Positions 35,727 through 36,536 of a DNA stretch of 36,536 nt are shown here, piece by piece. The number at the start of each line of letters is the position of its first letter. Position 1 is the stretch's first letter. The position numbers and the translations under genes are program-made. The stretch is taken from the IMG/VR virus record IMGVR_UViG_3300012855_000033, positions 1 to 36,536 of that record, one strand, 5' to 3'. The stretch is from a virus (lineage: Duplodnaviria > Caudoviricetes). The notes beneath the pieces are model-generated. The model made no database searches. It was not told where the DNA came from and saw only the letters and a list, made by a program, of their open reading frames with translations.

Positions 35727-35926
35727 CCCTGCAGCGAGGGACGCGGCTCCTCGTGACCCGCACGACCACCGACGGTGAGGTGGTGCCGGTGCGTGAGGGC
35801 GTGGTGCTGGGTCCGTGCCGTGACGATGCGTCGCGCGTGCTGGTGCACTGGTACGCCGGGGCAGCGGGCAAGGAGCGGATCCAGGTAGTCAGGGCCAGCG
35901 ACGCGGCGATGTGGCTGTGGCGGTAG
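35717..35926 (+). CDS. small beta-rich hypothetical protein
   Basis: Overlaps the upstream stop; GC3-biased. Confidence 0.45.
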   Translation: MLLTLQRGTRLLVTRTTTDGEVVPVREGVVLGPCRDDASRVLVHWYAGAAGKERIQVVRASDAAMWLWR

Positions 35927-35966
35927 CCGTGGCGGGGTTGAGATACACTCGACGAGAGGTGAGCAC

Positions 35967-36200
35967 ATGCGACACGTGATGATGATGGTGGTGCTGTCCG
36001 GCTGTGTGCAGGAGGAGGCTGCGCCTGTGGACACGGGGCGGCCCGTGACCTGCGACCTGGTGCCGGCAGATGACAGCTGCCCGCGCCGGCTGCTGTGCTG
36101 CGACGGCGTCGCCGACTGCTGGGTCGAGACGGCGGACGGGATCGACGCGTGCGAGGCGGACAGCTGCAAGGATGCTCTTGCGGCTGCGTGTGCGCCGTGA
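35967..36200 (+). CDS. Cys-rich lipoprotein
   Basis: Short signal with lipobox LSGC; multiple further Cys; GAGGTGA RBS. Confidence 0.7.
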   Translation: MRHVMMMVVLSGCVQEEAAPVDTGRPVTCDLVPADDSCPRRLLCCDGVADCWVETADGIDACEADSCKDALAAACAP

Positions 36201-36397
36201 GCGAACTTGTGTGGTGGAGCCCGCGAGACGAAGAGCGGGGGCAGGTGACGGTCACATGGAACCAGTGCGACAACCGGTTTCACGTGTGCGCGGAGAAGGC
36301 AAGCGGCAGGGGCACGCGCGCCGATATGCGCCCGCGTGATGCTGTGCGCTTGGCGATGTTTCTACTGCAGCACGCGCTGGATGACGACGATGAGTAG
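36197..36397 (+). CDS. small hypothetical protein
   Basis: GTGA coupling; acidic tail. Confidence 0.55.
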   Translation: MSELVWWSPRDEERGQVTVTWNQCDNRFHVCAEKASGRGTRADMRPRDAVRLAMFLLQHALDDDDE

Positions 36398-36527
36398 TGC
36401 AGGCAAGCCATGCGGCACGGCATCGTCCGATTGTGCAGGTTGGACCGACACAATGCACACATGCATGGCACCCGGCGAAAAGGTAGGTTCAACCGTCGGT
36501 CTGGGGGACCGAGGTGGGGACCCCCAC

Positions 36528-36536
36528 CTTGTCCCC
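36528..36536. repeat. Right copy of 9-bp terminal direct repeat CTTGTCCCC
   Basis: Identical to positions 1-9. Confidence 0.8.

Overview
The window reads as an essentially complete ~36.5-kb, very GC-rich (roughly 70% by eye) siphovirus-like dsDNA phage genome. It is bounded by a 9-bp direct repeat (CTTGTCCCC) in a cos-like context. Plus-strand late module (61-23016): an HKD/PLD-domain protein fused to a TerS-like helical tail, TerL, portal, scaffold, major capsid, head-tail proteins, major tail protein, a tail chaperone with a probable -1 frameshift, an HK97 gp10-like gene, tape measure, Asp-box and LamG-like tail proteins, an SGNH esterase, a metzincin and NlpC/P60 lysis genes. An inverted three-gene cassette with its own promoter interrupts this module. 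Minus-strand early module (22985-30403): SSB, a DEDD exonuclease and many small genes. Plus-strand replication module (30626-36397): Cro-like HTH, AEP primase-VapE helicase, an iteron-rich origin, an RHH protein, a RuvC-like resolvase and a Cys-rich lipoprotein. I found no integrase, capsid protease, tRNA, CRISPR array or reverse transcriptase. The most notable unexplained structure is a set of short direct repeats sitting exactly on gene junctions (stop/RBS/start) and flanking single small genes, which suggests plug-in gene cassette exchange. Also notable are the PLD-TerS-like fusion beside the genome end and a primase with an apparently permuted domain order. All product calls come from motif recognition and gene order only; no database searches were run.
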